IMG/VR virus record: IMGVR_UViG_3300042554_001750
Source of the DNA: a virus
Taxonomy: Duplodnaviria; Caudoviricetes
Reading direction: 5' to 3' (one strand)
DNA: 64,000 nt
The translations under genes were made by a program, and so were the position numbers. Positions within the stretch are counted from its first letter, which is position 1; each line of letters opens with the position of its first letter. The notes beneath the pieces were generated by a model. The model worked only from the letters and a program-made list of their open reading frames with translations, was not told the origin of the DNA and made no database searches. Below are positions 1-10,400 of the stretch, in pieces.

Positions 1-1284
1 AAAGCTAGGAATCATGTAATCTTGTATCAAATTTTTGTCAATATAGTGGGCATCTAAAAAGCCCGGACTTCTTAAATAAGGAACATCTAAACCAACTAGA
101 CCATGATGATTTTGACACCGTTCTTTGCGCTGTCGTTGCGTATAGTCACCATCTGCTAATCTGTACCCAAATTGCTCTTCCAAGTCAATCAATGCCATGT
201 CTGGATTATAAATTGATTTCAAATTAGCTTGCCACTCTAATAATTGCTTCATGCTTGTGACACTGAAAATATTGTAAGTACACATAATGGTTGCACGAAT
301 ATTTCCAATTTTAAGCAATTGCTCGTATCTAGTTTTAAACAGTTCAAAATTTAATCCAGGACGCGCATATTCGGCTCTTTCACCCCAACCGTCTACACTA
401 GTAAATACCGTAAATCTTTTAACACACTTGTTGTTTGTGAGTATTTGAATCTTTTCTATAAACTGATCCCACAATTTTTGTGGGGCACCCAGATTACTGT
501 TAATACTAAATTCAAGCTCAGGATTAGGATTATCAATAAACCAATCTATACTGCGAAAGGTTTCTTTACTTAGCAAAGGTTCGCCGCCAGTAATGCGATA
601 TACCTTTAATTGCTTGTAAACTTCAGGGAACCATTTCCAAAACGCATCTACATACGGATTAAACTCACTACTCTTATAGGTGAGGCTATCTAAATCTTGC
701 CAGCCATGACTCCATTGAGAATACTTTGTATTGTCTAATAACTTAATAGGCCCATGTTGCTTTAAATTCTCCACCCATTTTGAACTATATTCAGGTCCAC
801 AATATGTGCAGGCAAAATTACAAACATTACTGAAATCAACTTCTAAGTAGGTTGGTACTATATTATCTTCTGGATCAGTATTAACAATTCTGTCATGCTC
901 ATTTAACGCCCAAGGCTCTAGGCTTTTAAAGAATCTGTCACTATATCCATTGGTATCTTCAACTCTCCAACAGTAATCACATTCGCTTGGTCTTTCATTT
1001 TCAAACATTTCTCTACGGGCCTTTTTAAGGCGGTTCGTATTGAATAATGCAGCAGGATTTTTTTCAATTTCTTCTAATGGAATTTTATGTGGGCTAGGAT
1101 GGTGACAAGAATGCGTCATCCCTGTTCCCAAATGCATTGTAACTTGAGTGAATTTGGCTAGACAAAATCCTTTACCAGTCTCACCTAGTAAATCTTTTAC
1201 TTTATCTAGATTTTCATTACTTGAATCAATATAGTTACTTTTATTTCTAATCCAAATAACATCATTTAATTTTTTCTTACTCAT
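1..1284 (-). CDS. Radical SAM protein with an N-terminal Cys-rich (SPASM/Twitch-like) segment; runs off the left edge; absent from the supplied ORF track
   Basis: Manual translation from ATG at 1284 (TAATG overlap with the upstream stop): MSKKKLNDVIWIRNKSNY...GFCLAKFTQVTMHLGTGMTHSCHHP...CDYCWRVED...FSNVCNFACTYCGPEYSSKW (CxxxCxxC at 799-822)...ITGGEPLL. The segments I translated, including the last 120 nt before the edge, have no in-frame stop. Confidence 0.88.
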   Translation of the reverse strand, partial: MSKKKLNDVIWIRNKSNYIDSSNENLDKVKDLLGETGKGFCLAKFTQVTMHLGTGMTHSCHHPSPHKIPLEEIEKNPAALFNTNRLKKARREMFENERPSECDYCWRVEDTNGYSDRFFKSLEPWALNEHDRIVNTDPEDNIVPTYLEVDFSNVCNFACTYCGPEYSSKWVENLKQHGPIKLLDNTKYSQWSHGWQDLDSLTYKSSEFNPYVDAFWKWFPEVYKQLKVYRITGGEPLLSKETFRSIDWFIDNPNPELEFSINSNLGAPQKLWDQFIEKIQILTNNKCVKRFTVFTSVDGWGERAEYARPGLNFELFKTRYEQLLKIGNIRATIMCTYNIFSVTSMKQLLEWQANLKSIYNPDMALIDLEEQFGYRLADGDYTQRQRKERCQNHHGLVGLDVPYLRSPGFLDAHYIDKNLIQDYMIPSF

Positions 1285-2243
1285 TACCATCCTTCAATTT
1301 GGCGAACAACATCCATTTCTTTAACTAACAGACCTCTGTTATACTTATCGGCACCATAGTGTCGTTTAAAGAATTTGCTTTGCTCGGGGCTTAATGTACA
1401 GATAGGTAGCCCTAGTTTATTTTCTAATTGTGATCCAATTTGCTCGGCTGCATCTTTAGGATCTTTGCCTTCACCATATTCTTTCCATAGTTCAGGGTAA
1501 TTATCAAACCATTGCACATTAGTATGATCCCAGTCACTTAACATCGTTAAGAATGTACCTAATCGCGCGCCGTATATTGCCCAATATCCATTATCTACAT
1601 CACTGCCAACATTCTGCCATATTGTCAAGTTATTAAGATTTCTACTTGAAACTGTTTCTTTAAAGTGTTCTACTGTGGGTACTGCGCCACGATCTAGGCA
1701 CATCTTGACGCCTTCCCTGAAGCCCGCACGCCAAGCTTGAAATGGAGTATAGTTAGGATACGTAGTTGAATAGCAATCATACATGGCCCAATACAAATTG
1801 TCAGTGCTATCTAAACAAAAGTCTGCAATGCGTGTTACATCACCCTCAGTTTGAGCCTCATGAGTTTTCATGTTAGCAACATAAGTTTTTGTCCAACTAC
1901 TCATGCCACCATTGCCATATCGTAGACCATTGATTGCGTTGATAGCTTTCCAACGATATTGCGCAAGTTTATAGTTAGGATCTTTGTCAGTAAAGTCAAG
2001 TTGCAAGTTAAAGAATGATTCATCCGGCATGTTGTCGCCGTCAATAAGAATAAACCTTTCTGTGTCGCTTGCTTCCCCGGCAGCTTTGTGTGCTGCATCA
2101 CTTCCTTTGACCCCATCAACTCTTTTTGCCCAAGGCACCATGTTTTTAATCTTGAGCCAAAATTCTTCTTTTTGCGGTTCATCGTAGCTAAGATAAATGC
2201 AATCCAAATCTACGATATCAACAATGTCATCATCTGTATTCAT
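1284..2243 (-). CDS. Putative GT-A-fold glycosyltransferase (319 aa)
   Basis: ILIDGDN DxD-type motif after GVKGSDAAHKAA; AWRAGFREGVKM helix; recurrent in large phages. Confidence 0.6.
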   Translation of the reverse strand: MNTDDDIVDIVDLDCIYLSYDEPQKEEFWLKIKNMVPWAKRVDGVKGSDAAHKAAGEASDTERFILIDGDNMPDESFFNLQLDFTDKDPNYKLAQYRWKAINAINGLRYGNGGMSSWTKTYVANMKTHEAQTEGDVTRIADFCLDSTDNLYWAMYDCYSTTYPNYTPFQAWRAGFREGVKMCLDRGAVPTVEHFKETVSSRNLNNLTIWQNVGSDVDNGYWAIYGARLGTFLTMLSDWDHTNVQWFDNYPELWKEYGEGKDPKDAAEQIGSQLENKLGLPICTLSPEQSKFFKRHYGADKYNRGLLVKEMDVVRQIEGW

Positions 2244-2571
2244 ATGTTTGCAGCTTCCAGTGGGTTACATCACCCGAATAACTATCATCAACTACAATGC
2301 TTATATCTTCTTTTGCACATTTTTGTCCCACTATGTTGGGCATTAATTTGGATATTATTGCATTGGGATTTACTGTAGAAATTTTCCCATCAATAACACG
2401 AACATCAGGTCTTGCTTGTGCAAATGTTTGAGCATCAATAACAATAAAATTACCAGGTAACTTTTCACAAGTATAGCACACTACTTTACCTGTGTCATCA
2501 TAATATAGTCTGAATTCGGGAGGCTGAATCTGGGGAGCTTCCCAAATAACAATCATTTCATCGTTATTCAT
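2230..2571 (-). CDS. Hypothetical protein (113 aa), coupled within the GT module
   Basis: ORF overlaps both neighbours (ATGA overlap upstream, 14-nt overlap downstream). Confidence 0.75.
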   Translation of the reverse strand: MNNDEMIVIWEAPQIQPPEFRLYYDDTGKVVCYTCEKLPGNFIVIDAQTFAQARPDVRVIDGKISTVNPNAIISKLMPNIVGQKCAKEDISIVVDDSYSGDVTHWKLQTYEYR

Positions 2572-3314
2572 ATAAATTTATTTGCAAAAGATTTAACATG
2601 ATAGTGTACCGGATACATTTGCGGAACTGTATTGATCCGAAATTGATCAGATAAAATTTCATACACTAAAGTATCTGTCCAGTTTTCCGTAGGCAAATCA
2701 TTTATGAACTGTTTCATATGCACCATGCCCATTTGAGTGAATGCTGGTAATGTTGTATTTTCTTCGCCCATAATATGACATGCCAATGCATATACCCAAT
2801 CGGTAGTTGCTTCTTCATCAACATTACACTTTAATACTTTCTTGTATTCGTCCCAATTTTCAAAAATATTTCTAACCAAACTAAAAAACTTTTTAGACTT
2901 TTCGCTCTTTCTAAAATATGTGATAGCGTTATAAACATCAGGTAATTTATTTTCATCTATAAACTTACGGTACGCCCTAGACGATGATATTTCTTGTTTA
3001 AAATTTCTTATTGTAGTGCTTACAACTAAATCATGATTTTTAAGAATATCCCACCAATACTCAATAGAAGTGGGCACATACATATCAGCTTCTAGCTTGA
3101 TTGTATATTCATATGGACTTGCCTCATAAACTTGCCAATCGTTGATTAGTTTCCAGTCACTATTAGGTGCCAAATCGCCATATGGCAACTTTGTGATGAT
3201 TGTAACATTAGACTCGGGCATAACTTTTTTGATGCTAGCCTCTAGAACTTCCGCGCACTTAACATAATCTGTTGTTGCCGTATTTTGTGCAAGTATTACA
3301 AATCCTTTGTTCAT
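2568..3314 (-). CDS. Putative nucleotide-diphospho-sugar transferase (GT8-like, 248 aa)
   Basis: N-terminal beta-strand GFVILAQN, then DYVKCA; YEASPYEYTIKLEAD; C-terminal HYH; paralogous to 3311-4114. Confidence 0.65.
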   Translation of the reverse strand: MNKGFVILAQNTATTDYVKCAEVLEASIKKVMPESNVTIITKLPYGDLAPNSDWKLINDWQVYEASPYEYTIKLEADMYVPTSIEYWWDILKNHDLVVSTTIRNFKQEISSSRAYRKFIDENKLPDVYNAITYFRKSEKSKKFFSLVRNIFENWDEYKKVLKCNVDEEATTDWVYALACHIMGEENTTLPAFTQMGMVHMKQFINDLPTENWTDTLVYEILSDQFRINTVPQMYPVHYHVKSFANKFI

Positions 3315-4114
3315 AGAATAAGCTCCATAAAGTTATCTTTATTCATGACATGGAAGTCCATATCTTTTATGATCGCATATTCTTTACGGATTTTGCCACG
3401 GCGCCAATTATCAAATAGTACAGTATATTCTGTATTAAATGGTAGATCAGAATTTTTATAAACTGATGTTTTTTTACCAACATGAACTAAATTCCAAGGA
3501 ATAATATCCCCGGGTAAAACAGTATGACCATTAGCAATTCTAAGTGCTAGTGTCAGTGCATAATCATTTCTATATACACCGCCCACAAAACTATGAATAT
3601 TTGCATAATGGTCATAGTTTTTCTGAACCATTTCTAAACATTCAAATATTTGTTTTGCTCTTTTGGTTTTTCTGAAAGTAACAACAGTTGCCCATAGTGT
3701 CTTAAAACTGTAGGCGCTTAAAATTTCTTGAGGTGCATCGGGATACATTAAAAAACTTGTAGTGTCATGACAACAAAAGTCAATTGATACATCAAAGGTT
3801 TTTAATAACTTGTTTGAATTAATCATGTAGTCTGTATCAACTAAGATTGTTTCATCATATGGGCTTAATTCAAAGGCTTGGTATCTACCCTTATTAATCC
3901 ATACGCCCCAATCTCTCAAATTATTTTTGTCCGGTTCTGTAATAATTATTTTGTCAAAGTTATATCCGGTAGATGATGTCCGTGATTCTTCATCTGTGAC
4001 AATAGTGACTGGTAAGTCTAAGAAGTGATTGATTCTTTTTGCAGTCTCTTCTGCCATTCTATAATAATCGTAACGGCCACTGTTAAATGCAAATAATAAG
4101 GCTCCCCGTATCAT
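3311..4114 (-). CDS. Putative nucleotide-diphospho-sugar transferase (GT8-like, 267 aa)
   Basis: GALLFAFN...DYYRMA; FELSPYDETILVDTD (DxD); YRNDYA; terminal DFHVMNK. Confidence 0.68.
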   Translation of the reverse strand: MIRGALLFAFNSGRYDYYRMAEETAKRINHFLDLPVTIVTDEESRTSSTGYNFDKIIITEPDKNNLRDWGVWINKGRYQAFELSPYDETILVDTDYMINSNKLLKTFDVSIDFCCHDTTSFLMYPDAPQEILSAYSFKTLWATVVTFRKTKRAKQIFECLEMVQKNYDHYANIHSFVGGVYRNDYALTLALRIANGHTVLPGDIIPWNLVHVGKKTSVYKNSDLPFNTEYTVLFDNWRRGKIRKEYAIIKDMDFHVMNKDNFMELIL

Positions 4115-4416
4115 CTATTGCCTTCTAAATTTTTCCATTCTGCATGCCATTCTTGCATCACAGAGTTATATGTGTTAGACAAAGAATCAAATAATTCTTG
4201 GCGGTTAACTTCAACTGGATTGCCAAAAGTGTCAATTAAAACTACCTTTTCATTAGTTAATGCTGATAGTAATGTAATGGTAATATTGTCTGCCTTCCAC
4301 AACCCACCCTGTTCTGCTATTATTAATTTACTTTCGTATTTTTCTTTTAGGTATGCCTTGGTTGCGTTGTGATTAAATCTAGCTTTTGCCTCTAAAATTA
4401 AGGTTGTGGTATCCAT
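4111..4416 (-). CDS. Hypothetical protein (101 aa), possibly tail-fibre-assembly-like; first gene of the GT module
   Basis: Good SD (AGGAG) and an upstream TAAATA; VLIDTFGNPVEV motif. Confidence 0.6.
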   Translation of the reverse strand: MDTTTLILEAKARFNHNATKAYLKEKYESKLIIAEQGGLWKADNITITLLSALTNEKVVLIDTFGNPVEVNRQELFDSLSNTYNSVMQEWHAEWKNLEGNR

Positions 4417-4432
4417 CTAAAACTCCTAAAAG

Positions 4433-4438
4433 TATTTA
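4433..4438 (-). promoter_or_regulatory. Late promoter core TAAATA for the GT/radical-SAM module
   Basis: Matches the T4-type late -10 box TATAAATA core that recurs before most structural genes here. Confidence 0.6.
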
Positions 4439-4463
4439 GATGGATGAGTATGCGAGATAAAAT

Positions 4464-5414
4464 TTATGAACCGGATACAGTACCAGACACTGTAGGAGAC
4501 CCCCAAGTACTTGAAATATAAGTAGTGCTCGGAGGTCTTATAGTTACAGTTGTAGCTGAACCCGAAGATACTGACAGTCCATTGGGAATTTCATCCCAAA
4601 GAGTGTACAATGTAATTACAGAGCCGGCGTCACCATTTGAACCCTGTGTTCCGTTAGTCGCGGCAATTACTCGTATGAAAGTGCTTAGGTATCCAGATGG
4701 ACCTGTACTTGCTGTTTGCGTAAACAATGTTGTATTGGCCGTAGACAATCCAAAATAACCTGAATTAGTTGATATTGTGGGGGAATTTCCGCCGCCGCCG
4801 ATCTTAGTTACGCCATTGTAACTAGTCCCGGCTATTGTAACAGCACCTGATGTTGGGCTACTTAAAACAATTGTTCCCACATTACTAGCCAAACCGTTAA
4901 ACAATAAATTTATTCCAGTACCCGATGGATGCGAGCAAGTAACTGCTAACTGGCCGCCTGCGTTAAAGAAATATCTAGCAGCATCACCTGAACTAAAAGT
5001 AACAGTATGAGTGAAAGTTATTGCTGAACTCCATGCAGAACCAAATGTTGCAGTATTTGAACTGGTTGAGCCTTGACTAGCTGCATTTAATCTGTTTGTG
5101 TATATTGTAGACAAATTGGTCGGAACAGCACTTAAAAAAGCAATAGTGTTACCAGTTGCCGGAGCTGTAACAGATGTAATTGACGATCCTTGGTGTTGTG
5201 CCGCGCTAGATGTATTGTTAACTAATGATGCCCAATTGGTAGCAGTTACTGTGGTTCCTATTGCTACGTTTGCAACTGCGGATTGTCCATAGCCAGCATT
5301 TGTGCCTCCTGTAGCCCATACTGTATTAAGTTTGTTGGCTGTGGTGACTGGGTTACCACCAACAAGATTGTTGAAGTCTGCGGCTTCAATTAAACCATAT
5401 TGTGCGTAACTCAT
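4464..5414 (-). CDS. Virion structural protein (316 aa, Ser/Thr/Gly-rich)
   Basis: ORF with SD AAGGA; composition typical of a tail/baseplate beta protein; within the structural operon. Confidence 0.65.
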   Translation of the reverse strand: MSYAQYGLIEAADFNNLVGGNPVTTANKLNTVWATGGTNAGYGQSAVANVAIGTTVTATNWASLVNNTSSAAQHQGSSITSVTAPATGNTIAFLSAVPTNLSTIYTNRLNAASQGSTSSNTATFGSAWSSAITFTHTVTFSSGDAARYFFNAGGQLAVTCSHPSGTGINLLFNGLASNVGTIVLSSPTSGAVTIAGTSYNGVTKIGGGGNSPTISTNSGYFGLSTANTTLFTQTASTGPSGYLSTFIRVIAATNGTQGSNGDAGSVITLYTLWDEIPNGLSVSSGSATTVTIRPPSTTYISSTWGSPTVSGTVSGS

Positions 5415-5423
5415 CTTTTATCC

Positions 5424-6668
5424 TTAATTTATTTTAACAAATGCTTCAACTGTGCCAATGTCATTTGAATTTTTATTTTCTAATGATCGTCCAATTATAT
5501 TAAATGCTGTAGCTTCACCTTGTTCTGCTGCACGGGCCATACCATTACCTGCACTAACTAATCGTTGGCCCTTCTTAACTTTACCGGTTACTTTTACTTT
5601 TACTCTTCCGCCCACGGCGATTGGGGGATGTGTATTATTGTCGCCGGCGCCTGCATTCATCAAATATCCGGCGGTTTCAGATACAACACCAAACACATCA
5701 TCGCTTAATTCGTATTGGACAGCAGTAATTTCTTTTTCGCCACCTAGCTCAACAACGGTTCCGGCATCATAGTAGCGGTCTGCTTCAAATCGTTCTGCCA
5801 AGTCAGCGTATGTTGCATTAAGTCTTGATCCAGATGTTAATGTCCAGTTACCGGTAATGCTACCTGTTGTTGTATTAGCTCCGGTAGAAATTGTTCTACC
5901 ATTAAACACTGAGCTTCCACCTACAACGCCTAAATTACCAGTGTATGTTGGTAAATAAGCTTGAACATTACTGTCGTTATATGTTCCAGCGTATGTAATT
6001 GGGTTACCAGTTAAATCCATGATACAGTTAGCATTTGCAACTTTAATACCTAAAGTCCCTGCACCTGAAATAACTAAATTACCGGTATTCATCCACACTG
6101 TGGTTCCAGCAACACCGTTTGCTGTTCCGGTACCGGTTGCAGTCCAAGTTCCAGTTAACGTACCTGCAGTCGTTGTTCCGCCAGTAGTAATTGCCTGAGT
6201 TCTCAATGTGCCGATATTTGCAGTGGTTATGTTGCCATCAGCAATGTTTGCACTTGCAGAAACGGTTAAGTAGTTAAATGACGCTGCATTGGCATTACTA
6301 TTATTAGTTGCTGTAATATTATTAGCAGTTAAATTGCCAGTTACTGTTACTGCACTAAAGGTTGTTGCACCACCGCTTGATGTTGAGGTCAATGTAGACC
6401 ATGCACTTGCATTAGTTTCACCGTCTGATGGACAAACTTTTAATGCGTTATTGTTAGTATCATACCAAAGTTGACCACGCAGTGGGTTCGCTGGAGGGGT
6501 AGAATCTGCGAAGTTTTCTACCATGTGTGTAAAGTTAGTGTCTAACGATTGACCATAACCAGCATAATTACGACCTGGTAGGCCTAATGGAGTACTTGTA
6601 GTGTTAATAGTACCATCGGGTATTGTTGTTAGAACTGTACCGTCGCTCTTAACAATTGTATATGCCAT
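5424..6668 (-). CDS. Tail fibre/spike with C-terminal intramolecular-chaperone (peptidase G2/S74-like) autocleavage domain (414 aa)
   Basis: N-terminal baseplate-anchor motif (GRNYAGYGQSLDTNFTHMVENFA...GQLWYD); GNLT/GNWT repeats; C-terminal YADLAERFEAD...GVVS...PIAVGGRVKVKV. Confidence 0.72.
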   Translation of the reverse strand: MAYTIVKSDGTVLTTIPDGTINTTSTPLGLPGRNYAGYGQSLDTNFTHMVENFADSTPPANPLRGQLWYDTNNNALKVCPSDGETNASAWSTLTSTSSGGATTFSAVTVTGNLTANNITATNNSNANAASFNYLTVSASANIADGNITTANIGTLRTQAITTGGTTTAGTLTGTWTATGTGTANGVAGTTVWMNTGNLVISGAGTLGIKVANANCIMDLTGNPITYAGTYNDSNVQAYLPTYTGNLGVVGGSSVFNGRTISTGANTTTGSITGNWTLTSGSRLNATYADLAERFEADRYYDAGTVVELGGEKEITAVQYELSDDVFGVVSETAGYLMNAGAGDNNTHPPIAVGGRVKVKVTGKVKKGQRLVSAGNGMARAAEQGEATAFNIIGRSLENKNSNDIGTVEAFVKIN

Positions 6669-6698
6669 GTTTTAATGCTCCGCTATATATTTATCTAT

Positions 6699-7319
6699 TT
6701 AAATCGTTACCAGGTTAGTCAAGCTTTGAATTCTAACTGTGTAATCTATTTGAATTTGTCTGTTTAAAGACTTCTGAACCGGGTGAAAAATCACATGGGT
6801 CAAAAGTCTGGTAATTACATTACCTTCGTTGTCTGTACCGTAATTTGCCAAAAGTCCCAATTCATCAAAAATGAAGCTAGAATCAGTTTGGGTGCTGTTG
6901 TCAAATGCAGCTTGGCCTGCAGGCTCACCATAATCAAGTAAACACTGAACTAAGATATCTGTGTAAACCTTACCAGTAGTGTGAGAAACTGTCATCTTGT
7001 TTCTTGTTGGATCTAGGTTGAAAACGCTGGTATCGTCAACAATTTTAGCGTAGGTTTGATTATAAAGAGCAGCATTTTGCCCCGTTGTATTTGGGGGTAG
7101 GTATGTGATAACACCTGTTTCGTCTACGCTTGCGCCACCGTTTCCAAAAGCCATTTGATAGATTTCACCGTAACCACGACTACTTAGTGTGTCAGCAATC
7201 GCTTCTGACATATTTTCATAGTTGATGGCATTCTTTTTATCTACAAAGATTTCCCCATTATTGGGGTCATAGATTTTTAGAAAACCTTCTATTTTATATG
7301 ATAAAGTAATGACTGACAT
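6699..7319 (-). CDS. Virion structural protein, probable baseplate/tail component (206 aa)
   Basis: FDELGL...LLTHVIFHPVQKSLNRQIQIDYTVRI C-terminus typical of myophage baseplate-distal proteins. Confidence 0.65.
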   Translation of the reverse strand: MSVITLSYKIEGFLKIYDPNNGEIFVDKKNAINYENMSEAIADTLSSRGYGEIYQMAFGNGGASVDETGVITYLPPNTTGQNAALYNQTYAKIVDDTSVFNLDPTRNKMTVSHTTGKVYTDILVQCLLDYGEPAGQAAFDNSTQTDSSFIFDELGLLANYGTDNEGNVITRLLTHVIFHPVQKSLNRQIQIDYTVRIQSLTNLVTI

Positions 7320-7471
7320 TAGTTATCGCCTCTTTTTTGAACTAAAACTTGCTTTGTATTGGGATCAAATATTTTGATGTGTGAGGAAAAATAAAACCCA
7401 CCAACTTCGTTGGGTTTCTTTTCAGCAATTTTTTCAGGTTTCTGCTGTGAATTTGGGATAATTTTACTCAT
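7319..7471 (-). CDS. Small protein (50 aa), absent from the ORF track
   Basis: MSKIIPNSQQKPEKIAEKKPNEVGGFYFSSHIKIFDPNTKQVLVQKRGDN*. Fills the gap exactly, has a TAATG overlap with the next gene, and TAAATA lies 6 nt upstream of its ATG. Confidence 0.75.
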   Translation of the reverse strand: MSKIIPNSQQKPEKIAEKKPNEVGGFYFSSHIKIFDPNTKQVLVQKRGDN

Positions 7472-7487
7472 AATATTTATTTATCAT

Positions 7488-10400
7488 TCAAGTTTGGTCT
7501 TGGTTTAAGAAAATTGCACTTGCAGTTGTGCTTATCTGTAATGGATCGCCCAATGTTGTATTAAAGGTATAACTATTCCAAGTCTGGTTATACTGTATGT
7601 TTGTCATACGGTTATTAGACAAATAGCTGTATACCTCAGAGTATTTAGGAATAATTACCTGTTCTCCGGTACCATTAGCACCGCGTTGCAAGTTATATAA
7701 CGCATTTAACGCTATTACTGTCCCTGATCCAGGAATAATGGTATTGTTATTGGTCGCAGTAAATGTGACCCCAACAGTATTTGAGCTAGCCCCATATAGT
7801 GTAAAATCGGTAGATCCTACTGTTTCTATTGTATATTTTTGACCATATACAATTTCACCTGCAGTGATCACCGGATTAACAGTTCTAAATCTAATTTGCT
7901 CACCATTGATAGATACCAAATTACCTTCTAGAACCACAATCGTTAAACTATCCCCTGCGGTTATGTAATTTCCCTGATTAATTCTCAATATCGGAGACAA
8001 TTCTTCAACGACAATTTCATAATTTGAGCTTCCAATGAGTTGTGATGTTGTATTATTGTAGACTGAAATTCCTGTAATAATTCTCTTATCTGCGGTCAAT
8101 CCAATATCATAAACACCATTCAATAATGAAGGAGTTGTAACATTTTGAATTACATTATCGGTCAAATGAACAATATCGTTTACATATATAATGTTATCTG
8201 TATTGTAAAGATCCTGTGTCATCCAAGTTCTAGATAATGAGTTAGCACGATACACAGTTGCTTCATTTACTGAATTTACAGTCAATACATAAACTTCTTC
8301 GTTCGGTGTTGCGCTTGGCATCATACTTGTAATAATCACAACATCGGTAGTAATTATTGTTTCTAAGATGCTAATCTGATTACCAGCATTGATGCGCAAG
8401 CTTGATGACGGTACTCTGTAGCCGTTGACAGTTACCCAAAGTCTATCTACATTTACTTGTTCCCATTGAGAAATAGTAATAGTGTTAGGTGCTGCAGTAC
8501 CACTTGTTAAAGTCTTAACTGTACCATCATATGTTTCACTTATAGTGATATTGTTACTTGCTCTGGTCTTAATATAATAAACAGTTCCTGTAACCAAACC
8601 ACCAATGATAGTTGTACCAAGTGGATCACCAATCTGAGTAAATACTATTGGTGTTCCTGCAACTAAACTAGAACCATCGGCTACAGTAATTATATTTCCA
8701 GTTGAACTGGTCGATGTTACTGTGCTAGTCTGCAATGTAAATGTGTCAGAAACCCATACATATCCAGCACCAGTGTAAGCAGTAATCTGAGTTATTGGGC
8801 TGTTGACAGCATTAAATGCAGGATCGTATTCAGTTTGATAAATCCAGAATGATGTATCATTAATAACCTGAACATAATATAGATTGTTGTTTAACTGCGT
8901 AGAACCAGTCGTGCCGTCAATTCTAACTATATCGTTTGTAACAAAGTTATGATTTATTCCTGTTGTTATTCTTACTGCAGGATTTCCACCAACAATTACA
9001 TTCATCGTACCTACAGCGTCTGATACCGGGACTAGTGTTCCAGTACTGTCTTTAATAGTAAATTCGGTTAGACTATCAACACTTCTTACAAAATATACAG
9101 TACCATCTGTTAATACTCCACCAAAGCTAGTACCTTGGAATATTACTATATCATTAACAGTGAAATTAGTTGTACTAATCACAGTTATATAATCTGTCGC
9201 CGAAGTTGTTGCTGTTGCTTGAGTAGATGCAGAAGGTGAAGAAATATTATTGTTAATAGAAACAATATTTGCTACAGTTTCACCAGTAATACCGAATTGA
9301 CTATTCAAATACTGTCTACTTGTATCATTAAAAGTAGTGACAGCAATGTTATCATTTAAAGAAGGAATAGTAGTAAAGGTAATTGTCTCGGCACTAGAGT
9401 TGATAGTGTAGTCCGTATTATCAAGACGCAATCCATTTATTTCCACTACTGCATTTGCTGCATTGTTCAAGTCAACAAAGTTGGTTAAGTTAAATGTACT
9501 TGTAACTCCATCACCAACAAACATTTGAAGTTCAGGTATAGAATATCCATATTGTTGAGGGTTAGTTTCTCCAAACAATGTATAACTTAAGAAGTCAATA
9601 CCATTTACATATGGGGCGCTAAAAATAATCTTAGCTTGAATTCCGTTTGGCTGTAATCCAAACGCATAATCACGGGTTATTAGTTGAGCACCACCAGTAT
9701 CTGTTGTTAGAGCAATAGCAGGACCACCTTGAGTTAAACTAATTGTAAACTCATTGTTGTCTACAATAGATTCAATATAGTAAGTTGTTAAGGGTTGAAT
9801 TACTCCACCAAAAATTGTATTACTGAATACAATCTTATCTCCAACTACCATAGCACTTGTTGTGTTGCAAGTAACTGTATTGGTTGCCCCGTTAGTTTTT
9901 GTAACAGTCCCTGTTGTTCCATGTACTAACTTTGTACCATTATGATAGATTAAAGGATCTGTCCAAGTAACACCTGATCCAACCTGTATAATAGCATACA
10001 TGGACCCTGTGTCATCTGTTACGGCAAATGTTGGTCCGGCTACGCCAGTAGATAAGTCAATACTAGTAGAAACTGTAATGCTTGAACTTGCCAAACTTAT
10101 TGTTTTTACATAATAATTTGTATCCTCTAATAGTCCACCAAAAGTAATACCTTGGAATCTAATTGGATCGTTCAAGTTAAATTCTCGTACACTTTCGCAT
10201 ACAATAGAATTTGATAGACTTATTGTTTCAGTAGCTTGAACCGAAACTGGATTAGTATTGGGTTGAATTACCCCACTGCCATTAAAAGAAGGTGCAGAGT
10301 AATTACAATTTACAAATATCTCATTAAATCCAGTAGTTTCATTGTATCTGATAGGATCAGTCTGTGTATCAGCCTTTACTAACTGATTACCGTTGCCTGT

